Below are positions 9,092-16,748 of a stretch of DNA of 24,422 bases, piece after piece. The notes under the pieces were generated by a model. That model saw nothing but the letters and a program-made list of their open reading frames with translations, was not told the origin of the DNA and searched no databases. Position 1 is the stretch's first letter. The number at the start of each line of letters is the position of its first letter. This stretch comes from Bacteriovoracaceae bacterium (GTDB taxonomy: Bacteria > Bdellovibrionota > Bacteriovoracia > Bacteriovoracales > Bacteriovoracaceae), in assembly GCA_049599895.1 (NCBI GenBank), contig JBMYPC010000038.1, positions 1-24,422 of the forward strand. The letters are read 5' to 3'. A program made the position numbers and the translations under genes.

Positions 9092-10048
9092 ATGAGTGTT
9101 TATAAGAGTGTTCCACATATTGTAAGAAAAATCTGGGGTGGCCAGAAGTTAAAAGAAATCAGAAAGCTATCTTCGTCTGGTGATTCAGAAGAATTACCTG
9201 TTGGAGAAACCTGGGAAGTATCCGCTCATCCGGATGGGCCGTCCTATGTGGAAGACTCTAAGGCCAATGATGGAAAATTGAAGTTATCTGATGTCATAAC
9301 GATCAAGGAGTGTCCTTACTTAATAAAGTATATCGATACATCTGATAATCTTTCTGTCCAGGTCCATCCTGGAGATGAGTACGCTGGGATTCATGAAAAC
9401 AGTAAAGGAAAAGCTGAGTGCTGGATTATTCTTGAAGCTAAGTCTGGAGCTGGAATTTATTTAGGAGTTCAGCCAGAGGTGAATAAGGAAGACTTTTTTA
9501 ATGCTGCTGAAGCTGGGAAAGATGTTAGCCAAATGATGAGGTTCTTTCCGGTCTCCCGAGGGGATTTCTTTTTCGTTCCAGAAGGAACAGCTCACGCAAT
9601 TGGAAAAGATGTTACGCTGATTGAAATTCAGCAATGCTCCGGAATTACCTACCGGGTTTGGGATTGGAATCGTGTGGATGATCAGGGAAAGGGACGAGAG
9701 CTTCATATTGATCATGCAAAAAATGTGATCAACTTTGATCCCGAGGCGAATCAGTCAAAAAGTTTTCAAATGAAGATGCGCTCCTTTAATCTTCCCTCTG
9801 GGGCCACTCTTGTTGATCACCCTGATTTTAAAGTTTGTGTTTACTCGTCTGAGGAGAGCTTTGAAAAAGTCATTGATCTCTCTCAGAATGATCGCGCGGT
9901 AAGTATCGTTTGCCTTAAAGGTTCACTTAATGTGATAATAGATGGGCAGGATCGTGTTCTTGATCAATACAATAACCTTGTCTTATATAAAGAAAAAGAG
10001 GTGAAGATTGAATCAGAAAAAAGATGTCAATTCTTACTTATTACTTAG
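9092..10048 (+). CDS. manA: Class I mannose-6-phosphate isomerase
   Basis: IWGG, GETWEVSAH, LSVQVHP, KAECW, GTAHAIG and EIQQCSGITYRVWDW motifs. Confidence 0.88.
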   Translation: MSVYKSVPHIVRKIWGGQKLKEIRKLSSSGDSEELPVGETWEVSAHPDGPSYVEDSKANDGKLKLSDVITIKECPYLIKYIDTSDNLSVQVHPGDEYAGIHENSKGKAECWIILEAKSGAGIYLGVQPEVNKEDFFNAAEAGKDVSQMMRFFPVSRGDFFFVPEGTAHAIGKDVTLIEIQQCSGITYRVWDWNRVDDQGKGRELHIDHAKNVINFDPEANQSKSFQMKMRSFNLPSGATLVDHPDFKVCVYSSEESFEKVIDLSQNDRAVSIVCLKGSLNVIIDGQDRVLDQYNNLVLYKEKEVKIESEKRCQFLLIT

Positions 10049-10820
10049 TCTTCTCATCTTGATGACATCTTCTTGTCAAAAAAGAATCGAAGTTTTATCA
10101 GGTTCAAATTCAAAAGTTCTAAACCTACCCAATGTTGAAATTAAAGAAACAAGACATTTTCCATGGAGAGCCGGCCCACTAGGAAGACAGGTGGTTTCAA
10201 AGGGAATTGTGGCAAGCTTCCGTCTTCCTCAATTTGAGCAAAGTGATCTTAAAGAGATCGTAAAAGAGAATGTCTCAGACAGTTGGTTGGTCCGAGTAAA
10301 GAAAAAAACCTATAGTACAACGACAACACTCGATCAGTTTACACTTAACCTTGCAAAGAAAAGTAGTACTAGAAACAAGCACTTTTTGATTACCCAGTTA
10401 CCCGAGATCAAATTATGGTTTCTTTATGAAGCCGCCTCTGTGTCTCGACTTTCAAAGCTCGCTTGTCCTCCTCTTGGGCATCGCTATTTGATTGATGAAT
10501 TTGAGAAGGTTGATTCAAAATCATCTCGAGCACAACTTCGAATTAAAAGTTCGGGAGAAAAAGATTATCTCTCAAAGGTTGGAATCTATCAGCCTCAGTC
10601 TCATAAAATTGATAGTGGAAAAAATCTTGTGGGAGAATTTTGGCTTGAGGTGGCCCTTTATCATACAGGTCGAAGAGAGCGAATGACTGATTTTCATCGC
10701 ATCTCAGATCGATTGAAGATCACAAAGGAAATCGTTGTCGATCTGAGCAATTGCAATTCTCTTGAAAACAAAAATAAAATTCAAGATGAGAAAGTTATGG
10801 AGTTTCAATTTGGCGGCTAG
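10008..10820 (+). CDS. Hypothetical lipoprotein
   Basis: Long ORF; N-terminal hydrophobic stretch ending in LMTSSC (lipobox-like); overlaps the manA 3' end. Confidence 0.6.
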   Translation: MNQKKDVNSYLLLSLLILMTSSCQKRIEVLSGSNSKVLNLPNVEIKETRHFPWRAGPLGRQVVSKGIVASFRLPQFEQSDLKEIVKENVSDSWLVRVKKKTYSTTTTLDQFTLNLAKKSSTRNKHFLITQLPEIKLWFLYEAASVSRLSKLACPPLGHRYLIDEFEKVDSKSSRAQLRIKSSGEKDYLSKVGIYQPQSHKIDSGKNLVGEFWLEVALYHTGRRERMTDFHRISDRLKITKEIVVDLSNCNSLENKNKIQDEKVMEFQFGG

Positions 10821-10830
10821 TCTTAGCCGC
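10813..10830. terminator. GC-rich hairpin between convergent genes
   Basis: GCGGCTA-GTCT-TAGCCGC perfect 7-bp stem; U-tract weak on both strands. Confidence 0.45.
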
Positions 10831-10839
10831 TCGAAAATT

Positions 10840-11223
10840 CTAAAGCTTTTTACAGTTGAGAGGATAGGTCATTTCATGACCTTTTGAATTTTGAATAGAG
10901 ACAAAATCTTCAACCTCTGAAAGACTGTTCATATCAGAAATCTTAATATGATATCGGTTACCTTCAAAAGAAAAATATTTTTTAAAGCCAAGTCTTGTGT
11001 ACTTTGTTCTTGAGTTTGCATTAAAAGTAGCAGGGTTTCTAATGCCTCGATCATCTTGACTACTCTTTTTAATCACAACTGTTTTTCCAATGATCTTAAA
11101 GCTATGAAACTTTCTTGGTGTATCACAGTTCAGTTTTAGCTCAGTACTAAACCCTTGTTCAGCAAGCATTGCTAAGACAAGCAATGGTCCAAATTTAATG
11201 AGTTCTAAGCATAGCCTTTTCAT
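10840..11223 (-). CDS. Small secreted hypothetical protein with two Cys in the mature part
   Basis: AGGAG SD, N-terminal signal-like segment, Cys near each end of the mature chain (LNCDT, LNCKK); sigma-54 promoter upstream. Confidence 0.75.
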   Translation of the reverse strand: MKRLCLELIKFGPLLVLAMLAEQGFSTELKLNCDTPRKFHSFKIIGKTVVIKKSSQDDRGIRNPATFNANSRTKYTRLGFKKYFSFEGNRYHIKISDMNSLSEVEDFVSIQNSKGHEMTYPLNCKKL

Positions 11224-11255
11224 GATTTTTCTCCTAGTTAGTCACGGCTATTAGG

Positions 11256-11272
11256 AGCAACAACTGTGCCAA
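11256..11272 (-). promoter_or_regulatory. Sigma-54 (RpoN) -24/-12 promoter
   Basis: Minus strand TTGGCACAGTTGTTGCT, an exact TGGCAC-N5-TTGCW match, 33 nt before the ATG at 11223. Confidence 0.85.
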
Positions 11273-11311
11273 GATTAGAGAGCGCAATTTTAGATACTTA
11301 GGTATTTATGA

Positions 11312-11330
11312 CTGTCTAAACTTATGACAG
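11312..11330. promoter_or_regulatory. Dyad CTGTC-N9-GACAG, candidate enhancer-binding-protein site
   Basis: CTGTCTAAACTTATGACAG about 40 bp upstream of the sigma-54 promoter; similar to 18633-18653. Confidence 0.55.
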
Positions 11331-11357
11331 GTGCCGGAGAATCATGAAATTTTCGGC

Positions 11358-11387
11358 TTTAAAAAGCGGTCTGAGGGATGATATAAA
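11358..11387 (+). promoter_or_regulatory. Sigma-70-type promoter (extended -10) for the tRNA-Pro transcript
   Basis: TTTAAA-N18-TATAAA with TG at 11379-11380 (TGnTATAAA), ~24 nt before the first tRNA 5' copy. Confidence 0.5.
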
Positions 11388-11409
11388 CCTTTCTCGCAAT
11401 CATTATATG

Positions 11410-11428
11410 TCGGACTGTAGCGCAGCCT
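11410..11428 (+). repeat. Exact 19-nt direct repeat of the tRNA-Pro 5' end (second copy 11567-11585)
   Basis: TCGGACTGTAGCGCAGCCT occurs twice, 157 bp apart. Confidence 0.95.
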
Positions 11429-11566
11429 CCGCCTGCGGCGACAAGTGTCCCAAAGGACAGTTGTTGACGAAGAGTGGAACAGAGGAGCGAATAGGCTGAT
11501 AGAAATGATGATTTATGAGGCGAAGCGACCTCGCTCCAAATTCGCTTCAAGGTGACATTTTTTTAA
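11429..11566 (+). mobile_element. Structured ~138-nt REP/MITE-like insert between the duplicated tRNA 5' ends
   Basis: CCGCCTGCGG hairpin, CGACAA-G-TGTCC-CAAA-GGACA-G-TTGTTG hairpin (11439-11466), GGAGCGA (11484-11490)/TCGCTCC (11531-11537) pairing, GCGAAGCG motif; flanked by direct repeats; no enzyme encoded. Confidence 0.5.
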
Positions 11567-11567
11567 T

Positions 11568-11644
11568 CGGACTGTAGCGCAGCCTGGTAGCGCACTATTC
11601 TGGGGGGATAGGGGTCGCTGGTTCAAATCCAGTCAGTCCGACCA
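11568..11644 (+). tRNA. tRNA-Pro (anticodon GGG)
   Basis: 77-nt cloverleaf: CGGACTG/CAGTCCG acceptor, GCGC/GCGC D-stem, CTATT-CTGGGGG-GATAG anticodon arm, GGTTCAAATCC T-arm, encoded ACCA end. Confidence 0.97.
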
Positions 11645-11923
11645 TTACAAAATTTGATCTTTATTTTCTTTGTAAATGAATTTCTTACTTTTCATAAAAA
11701 TGATAAGACCCGTTGCACATATAAGTATTAGTCCTATGCCTAAGGTTGCTCCAATATACTTCGCTGCAATCTCCCAGTTGTGTAAACCAATCAACAGACT
11801 TTTGACCTCTTTGCCATAAAGATCATCTTTTCTGAATAGAAGCAAGATACCTGTTATAGATGTCAAAATTAAAAACGGAGAAAGTATGATGGCCAATCTT
11901 CGATGAAAGACTCTAATATTCAT
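11645..11923 (-). CDS. PepSY-associated TM helix domain protein
   Basis: RVFHRRLAIILSPFLILTSITGILL...LHNW...CATGL pattern; AAGAGG SD favours the ATG at 11923 over 11959. Confidence 0.72.
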   Translation of the reverse strand: MNIRVFHRRLAIILSPFLILTSITGILLLFRKDDLYGKEVKSLLIGLHNWEIAAKYIGATLGIGLILICATGLIIFMKSKKFIYKENKDQIL

Positions 11924-11976
11924 GAAAAACCTCTTATGTTGTTTGGGAAAAATATTCATTTTTTAAAGCCTAATTA

Positions 11977-12224
11977 TTATATCCTCATAATTATAGTAAA
12001 CCAACCAAAGGCTGGTTGAGCTTGGCACTCGGTATCTTTTTGGAAAGAAGTCCGGCTAGTGTCACTAGCGCCGGAACAATGAGAAAGCCCCCTCCTGCAC
12101 CTACAAAACCAGTGACAGCCCCAACAATCAATCCTTCTAAAGTTACATAATATGGATTTATCTTTTTCTTTTGCTCCTCCGTGTTTTTTCTGCCGTTTAT
12201 CATAGGAACCCCAGCGGCCAACAT
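11977..12224 (-). pseudogene. TauE/SafE sulfite-exporter family pseudogene (5'-truncated, internally deleted, frameshifted)
   Basis: [25 protein letters not shown] motif joined directly to [10 protein letters not shown]; another frame continues [10 protein letters not shown]. Confidence 0.8.
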
Positions 12225-12408
12225 TCTTGAAAAACCGATAGATGAGAATTATCTAAATGAAATTATTAAAACAGCAAAAAAACAATTTTATAAAAACCTT
12301 GTGATTAAGAAAGTCAAAGACCTTTGTTCCATCACTGATTCAGATAAAAGTAGTCAATGTCTTTCTTCGGGCCTTGCAGATATAAAAAAGCTTGTTCAAG
12401 AAATTTAG
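12223..12408 (+). pseudogene. Probable 3' fragment of a response-regulator receiver-domain gene
   Basis: [15 protein letters not shown] resembles the receiver beta5-KP-alpha5 segment; the upstream in-frame part is antisense TauE sequence. Confidence 0.45.
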
Positions 12409-12454
12409 AGAAGCTCTCTAACAAAAAGATAAGGTCATTTTACTGAGTACCAAT

Positions 12455-13372
12455 TTATTGAATTGTGTGACTTTCAGGAATTGATTGAGTCTGCTCTTCA
12501 TCATAGCGACTCATGAAATCATCAGCTTCATTTCTAAGCTTTAAGAGATTGTCGAGAATCCCTTTCATCTCAGGTCCCTCATAATGAATATCTTCGAGAG
12601 CCATTTTTCCAAGAAGGCCATTCATTCTTTTTGTGAGGGCCTTTAATTGAGCAACTTCTTTAGGCATTGTCTTAATTTCTTGAGAGAGCTTTATAGCCGC
12701 TTCAACTCCAGACCTTTGAACATTATCAACAATCTTTTTGACTTCTCTTACGGGCTTATCTTGAATAAAAGGAAGGATCTGGTCCTGCTCTTCTTTTTTT
12801 AATTTGATAATCTCGTTTGTCTGGGTTGCTGAAATCTCGCCCTGGCTTCTTGCTTGCTTAATATTCTCACTGGAAAGGGCATCTCGTTTGATTGCGCTTT
12901 TGATGACGGCTTTAGAAAGACCTGTTTTTTCAGAAGTAATAGCTGCAAAAGAGTCAGTGTCATTTTCTTCCTCTTCTTTTTCGACTTTTCTTTCTTCAGG
13001 AGTTTTATTTTTTGCAGCGACTTCTATTTTATTAGCTGTAGGAAAGAGTTCTTCATAAATCTCTCGTCCTCTATTTAGTGATTGCTCAAACTCTAATTTA
13101 TCGAGAGCTTTTCTCACTAAATTCTCATCAATTGAGACTAGCTCTTGCTCTAGGCTTGTGAGGTCAACTACGTAAACTTCGGTTTCTTCCCAACCGAGCT
13201 CTGTCATTGCCTGGAATCTTCTTCCTCCAGCGAGGAGTTCATTTTCTTTATTAACTGTTATCGGGTTGATCAGTCCGATCGCATCAATACTTTTCTTAAG
13301 GGCCTCAATATCAGTATTGGTTCTAAGGTATGGATTATTAACTTTAATATCACTTAAAGCAATTTTTTGCAT
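12455..13372 (-). CDS. Orphan ParB/Srx N-terminal domain protein with HTH
   Basis: GLINPITV, LLAGGRRFQA (GxRR CTP-binding motif), ENLVRKAL, HTH-like FAAITSEKTGLSKAVIKSAI; AGGGAG SD; no adjacent parA. Confidence 0.85.
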   Translation of the reverse strand: MQKIALSDIKVNNPYLRTNTDIEALKKSIDAIGLINPITVNKENELLAGGRRFQAMTELGWEETEVYVVDLTSLEQELVSIDENLVRKALDKLEFEQSLNRGREIYEELFPTANKIEVAAKNKTPEERKVEKEEEENDTDSFAAITSEKTGLSKAVIKSAIKRDALSSENIKQARSQGEISATQTNEIIKLKKEEQDQILPFIQDKPVREVKKIVDNVQRSGVEAAIKLSQEIKTMPKEVAQLKALTKRMNGLLGKMALEDIHYEGPEMKGILDNLLKLRNEADDFMSRYDEEQTQSIPESHTIQ

Positions 13373-13536
13373 GTGCTCTGTCTCCCTGATCAGTTGTGTG
13401 TGCGGAGGATTGAAGCAGGTTTGAAGGGCATTGACCAGCAGTTTTCACTGACCGTTCGAAGGATTAAGGAGTTAGAGCTTTGATAATGAGTCTTGGGATT
13501 GGGACACAAGGTGTTAAGTCGGCTTCAGTCCTAAAG

Positions 13537-13556
13537 TCATATTAGTTTTAATATGA
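13537..13556. promoter_or_regulatory. Perfect inverted repeat TCATATTA-N4-TAATATGA
   Basis: 8-bp arms between the protease gene end and the parB-like gene; operator or hairpin. Confidence 0.5.
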
Positions 13557-13583
13557 GCTTCTCAAAGTCAATGACGGGTTTGA

Positions 13584-15284
13584 TTAAAAAATAGCTTTAA
13601 CTTCCTCAATCAGAAACCCCCATTCCTCAATGGCATGATCAGAAACGAATTCTAGCTGTATATGATCGCCTCTGAAGAACACGGATTCAAAATGAGAATG
13701 CTTACCTGAAATCGATTCAACTAAGATACGGTTTTTTCCTTCGTACAACCGAATAAAATCTTTTCCTCTTTCAAGATCAATCCTTTTGAAGCGGATTTTC
13801 AAAAATTGAGCTCCAGGAATGTGAAGGTCATAAGTTTTTTTGCGATAGCTTCGGTAGGGGTGGTTTGATTGGATTGGAGTTTTTAATCGTTGAGTTACCC
13901 AAAGGCTTTCATCTGGTTTTAGAGATCTTGCTTTATCTCCCTTTAAAAAGTTATACAGATTTAGTGTTCCTGATGAAACCGCAAAGCCTCTAAGAAACTC
14001 CTTCTTGGTTACTGTTTCAAGCATTCGTTTTTTTATTTCAAGATGAGTTAGTTCAGGTTCTCGAGATTGGAGATAAGCAGCAGCAGCTGTTACAAAGCCT
14101 GCGGCATAACTTGTTCCACTCACAACCTTAAAAAGATTGGCGTATTGATTTGGCCTATTACTTGTCAGAATATTTTGTCCAGGAGCAAAAAGATCAACAG
14201 AGTTTTTCCCAAAATGTGTAAACCATGAAGCACCTCCTCTAAAGGAGAGGCTTCCTACTGAGATGACATTGGGAACTTCATAATTTGCTGGAAACTGATC
14301 AAGGGAGTCGTTATTTTTTGATGAGTTTCCTGCCGCGGTTACAAAGAGAACACCCTTTGAATGGGCATAATCAATTGCAGCAACTAAAGCTTCTGAATAA
14401 TACTTGCTCCCCCATGAGTTATTAATAACCAGCGCTCCGTTATCAACAGCATAATAAATCGCTTTAATGGCCCAACTTCTTTTGCCGCTGCCATTCTCTC
14501 TCATAAAAACGAGAGGCATGATTTCGACATCTTTAAGAAGTCCCTTGACTCCCATTCCTTGATCGAGTTGAGCTCCAACGATTCCGGCAATTCTCGTTCC
14601 ATGACCATTGCCATCGCTTATATCGTTTGAGTTTTTATAAAAGTTATAACCATGAAAATCATCGACGAATCCATTTTGATCGTCATCGACACCGAGCTTT
14701 CCGTTAATCTCTTTTTGGTTTTTCCAGAGAATATTTTGCAGATTGGGATGATTCTTTTTAAAGCCTGAGTCGATGATGGCAATTATTGGAGTTTTACCAA
14801 GAGGAAAATCAGAATGGACTTCATTGAGTTTAAGATCTTCTCCTAGAGCTCCGGCCTTAATGCTTCCGTCTGAAAAAGGAATGTTGTCACCAGTATTTTC
14901 AAAGGCCCATTGGTAGCGCCAAAGTTCACTGTGCTCAAACCATTTCTTTTCAAGAAAGTTTGCTGTTTCTTCATTAATAATTTGTTTGACCTCATCATGT
15001 TCAATCGAGATGAAGCCCTCTAATGATTTAAGAGTGCGAATCCTATTTTGAAAAAAGGAGTTTTGCTCACCTACAGTTTTTAACGTGAGAAGAAAAGATT
15101 TATTGGGGAGTTGAAACCGACTGGTAACGATAAAGCTTGTTCTGAATTCTCGGGGGAGATTTTCTAAAGCTTGTTCGTTTTTAATATTAAGAATGTATTC
15201 ATTTGAGATTAAGGTATCGGCTTTAGCTGTTTCTAAAAAACAAAAAAGTAATGCAAACGTGAGAAGTTTTTGAAGTTTTGTCAT
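13584..15284 (-). CDS. Secreted S8 subtilisin-like serine protease with C-terminal CUB domain
   Basis: Signal peptide from ATG 15284; triad IAIIDSG / GHGT / SGTS, oxyanion AAGN; CUB-like SNHPY...IPGAQFLKIRF..DLE.GKDFI...FVSD...WGF. Confidence 0.9.
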   Translation of the reverse strand: MTKLQKLLTFALLFCFLETAKADTLISNEYILNIKNEQALENLPREFRTSFIVTSRFQLPNKSFLLTLKTVGEQNSFFQNRIRTLKSLEGFISIEHDEVKQIINEETANFLEKKWFEHSELWRYQWAFENTGDNIPFSDGSIKAGALGEDLKLNEVHSDFPLGKTPIIAIIDSGFKKNHPNLQNILWKNQKEINGKLGVDDDQNGFVDDFHGYNFYKNSNDISDGNGHGTRIAGIVGAQLDQGMGVKGLLKDVEIMPLVFMRENGSGKRSWAIKAIYYAVDNGALVINNSWGSKYYSEALVAAIDYAHSKGVLFVTAAGNSSKNNDSLDQFPANYEVPNVISVGSLSFRGGASWFTHFGKNSVDLFAPGQNILTSNRPNQYANLFKVVSGTSYAAGFVTAAAAYLQSREPELTHLEIKKRMLETVTKKEFLRGFAVSSGTLNLYNFLKGDKARSLKPDESLWVTQRLKTPIQSNHPYRSYRKKTYDLHIPGAQFLKIRFKRIDLERGKDFIRLYEGKNRILVESISGKHSHFESVFFRGDHIQLEFVSDHAIEEWGFLIEEVKAIF

Positions 15285-15500
15285 GGCCCGTCCAATTTGA
15301 GTCAAATAATCATCTGTGATTCACAAGCAGAGAATATAACGTCTTGTGTGTAGGATGTTAAAGATAGTTGATCATAATGTAAGGGAATGTTGGAGAGGGC
15401 CTTGGCGAGATGAATAAAGTACGGTTTTACAAATTTTTGACAATGTTTTTGCGCTGAAATTTCAATAGAATTCTCTAAATTCTTTATAAAAGCTTAGACC

Positions 15501-15549
15501 TTGACATTTTTCTGGTTGATCTTATCTTTTGATTAGTATTATCAATCAA
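15501..15549 (+). promoter_or_regulatory. htpX promoter with downstream inverted repeat
   Basis: TTGACA-N16-TATCTT followed by TTGATT-N9-AATCAA (15529-15549). Confidence 0.55.
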
Positions 15550-15571
15550 GAATTTAAAATTTGGAGAAAAT

Positions 15572-16492
15572 ATGGCCAGAAGAATATTTTTTATGATCGC
15601 GACAACAATGGTTGTGACCATTATTGGCTCGATTGTTATCAGTTTTCTAATGAGCTTTTTTGGCATTGAAGCTGCTGCATATGGACAAGCTGGGTTCTAT
15701 CAATTTGCTGCATTGATCAGTTTTGTTTGGGGTATGGGAGGTGCTTTTATTTCTCTTCTCATGTCAAAGTGGATGGCAAAAAAGTTCTATCGTCTGCAGA
15801 TGCTTGATGAGCATGGGCAGGGAAGAGAGATCGTAAGTCTCGTCCATCAACTCTCGAGAAAAGCTGGTCTTAAAACGATGCCAGAAGTAGGGGTCTATAA
15901 TTCAAGTGATCTTAACGCTTTTGCGACTGGACCTTCTCGAAACAATTCTCTTGTTGCTGTTTCTGATGGTCTTCTTCACAGCATGAACCGTGATGAAGTA
16001 GAGGGAGTTATCGCCCATGAAGTGGCCCACATTGCCAATGGAGATATGGTGACCATGACTCTCGTTCAAGGAATCGTGAACTCTTTTGTTCTTTTCCTTT
16101 CAAGAGTTGTAGCTGGTCTAATCGATAACTTTCTTAGAAATGACGATGACAATGGCGGAGGCTTAGGCTTTTTTGCTTATATGATTGTTTATAATGTTCT
16201 CTATATGCTCTTTGGTGTTTTAAGCGCCCCGATTGTGATGTGGTTCAGTCGCTTTAGAGAGTACCGAGCTGATTCAGGGGGAGCTTATCTTGTTGGCAAA
16301 CATAAAATGATTGCAGCTCTTGAGAAACTAAAAACTCATTATGACCCTGCTACAAAGTCTGAACTTCCAGAAGGGGCAGAAGCGATGCAGGCGTTACAGA
16401 TTAGTGGCAAACTAAAATGGAGTGAAGTGTTTTCAACCCATCCTCCTCTTGAGAAGAGAATTAACGCTCTTAGAAATTCTCAAGCTTACTAA
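15572..16492 (+). CDS. htpX: Membrane zinc metalloprotease HtpX (M48)
   Basis: NAFATGPSRNNSLVAVS, AHEVAH (HExxH), NGDMVTMTL, FSRFREYRAD and FSTHPPLEKRI motifs. Confidence 0.96.
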   Translation: MARRIFFMIATTMVVTIIGSIVISFLMSFFGIEAAAYGQAGFYQFAALISFVWGMGGAFISLLMSKWMAKKFYRLQMLDEHGQGREIVSLVHQLSRKAGLKTMPEVGVYNSSDLNAFATGPSRNNSLVAVSDGLLHSMNRDEVEGVIAHEVAHIANGDMVTMTLVQGIVNSFVLFLSRVVAGLIDNFLRNDDDNGGGLGFFAYMIVYNVLYMLFGVLSAPIVMWFSRFREYRADSGGAYLVGKHKMIAALEKLKTHYDPATKSELPEGAEAMQALQISGKLKWSEVFSTHPPLEKRINALRNSQAY

Positions 16493-16496
16493 GAAA

Positions 16497-16748
16497 TTAA
16501 TCTTTATCTTTTTCAGGGAGAAATTCTTCAGGAATTTCTCCCTCATAAACCTCTAGCCGATCACTTTGATTTTTCTTTTGAATTTCTGAGGGAACCTCTG
16601 GATCTACTTTTGAATGATAGTCATAGGGGCAGTTTCTGCATCCGCTTTCACAGCAATAACTTCTTTTCAGAAGATACTCTCGAGTGAAGACCATATTGCC
16701 GGCCTTATCGTATGTAAAATCAATGCCTTCTTGCAGTTTAAAATTCAT
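16497..16748 (-). CDS. DUF5522-like small Cys-rich protein
   Basis: GNMVFTREYLLKRSYCCESGCRNCPY motif. Confidence 0.8.
   Translation of the reverse strand: MNFKLQEGIDFTYDKAGNMVFTREYLLKRSYCCESGCRNCPYDYHSKVDPEVPSEIQKKNQSDRLEVYEGEIPEEFLPEKDKD

Noticed and set aside
11359..11550. 63-aa minus-strand ORF over the tRNA leader
   Set aside because: Antisense to the tRNA promoter and repeat, no SD or motif; probably spurious.
11429..11566. Group I intron or T-box riboswitch in the tRNA leader
   Set aside because: Too short, no recognisable P7 core, and the position is the D-loop rather than the anticodon loop; no T-box UGGN-ACC antiterminator motif; the downstream tRNA is already complete.
11410..11585. 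Two 19-nt direct repeats as a mini-CRISPR array
   Set aside because: Only two copies, too short, 138-nt spacer, the repeat is the tRNA 5' end, and there are no cas genes.
13270..13278. TCAGTCCGA as an att-site copy of the tRNA 3' end
   Set aside because: Only 9 bp, inside an intact CDS; expected by chance.
13379..13506. 6S RNA
   Set aside because: Shorter than typical 6S, and the two arms are both purine-rich and pair poorly; kept only as an unassigned leader finding.
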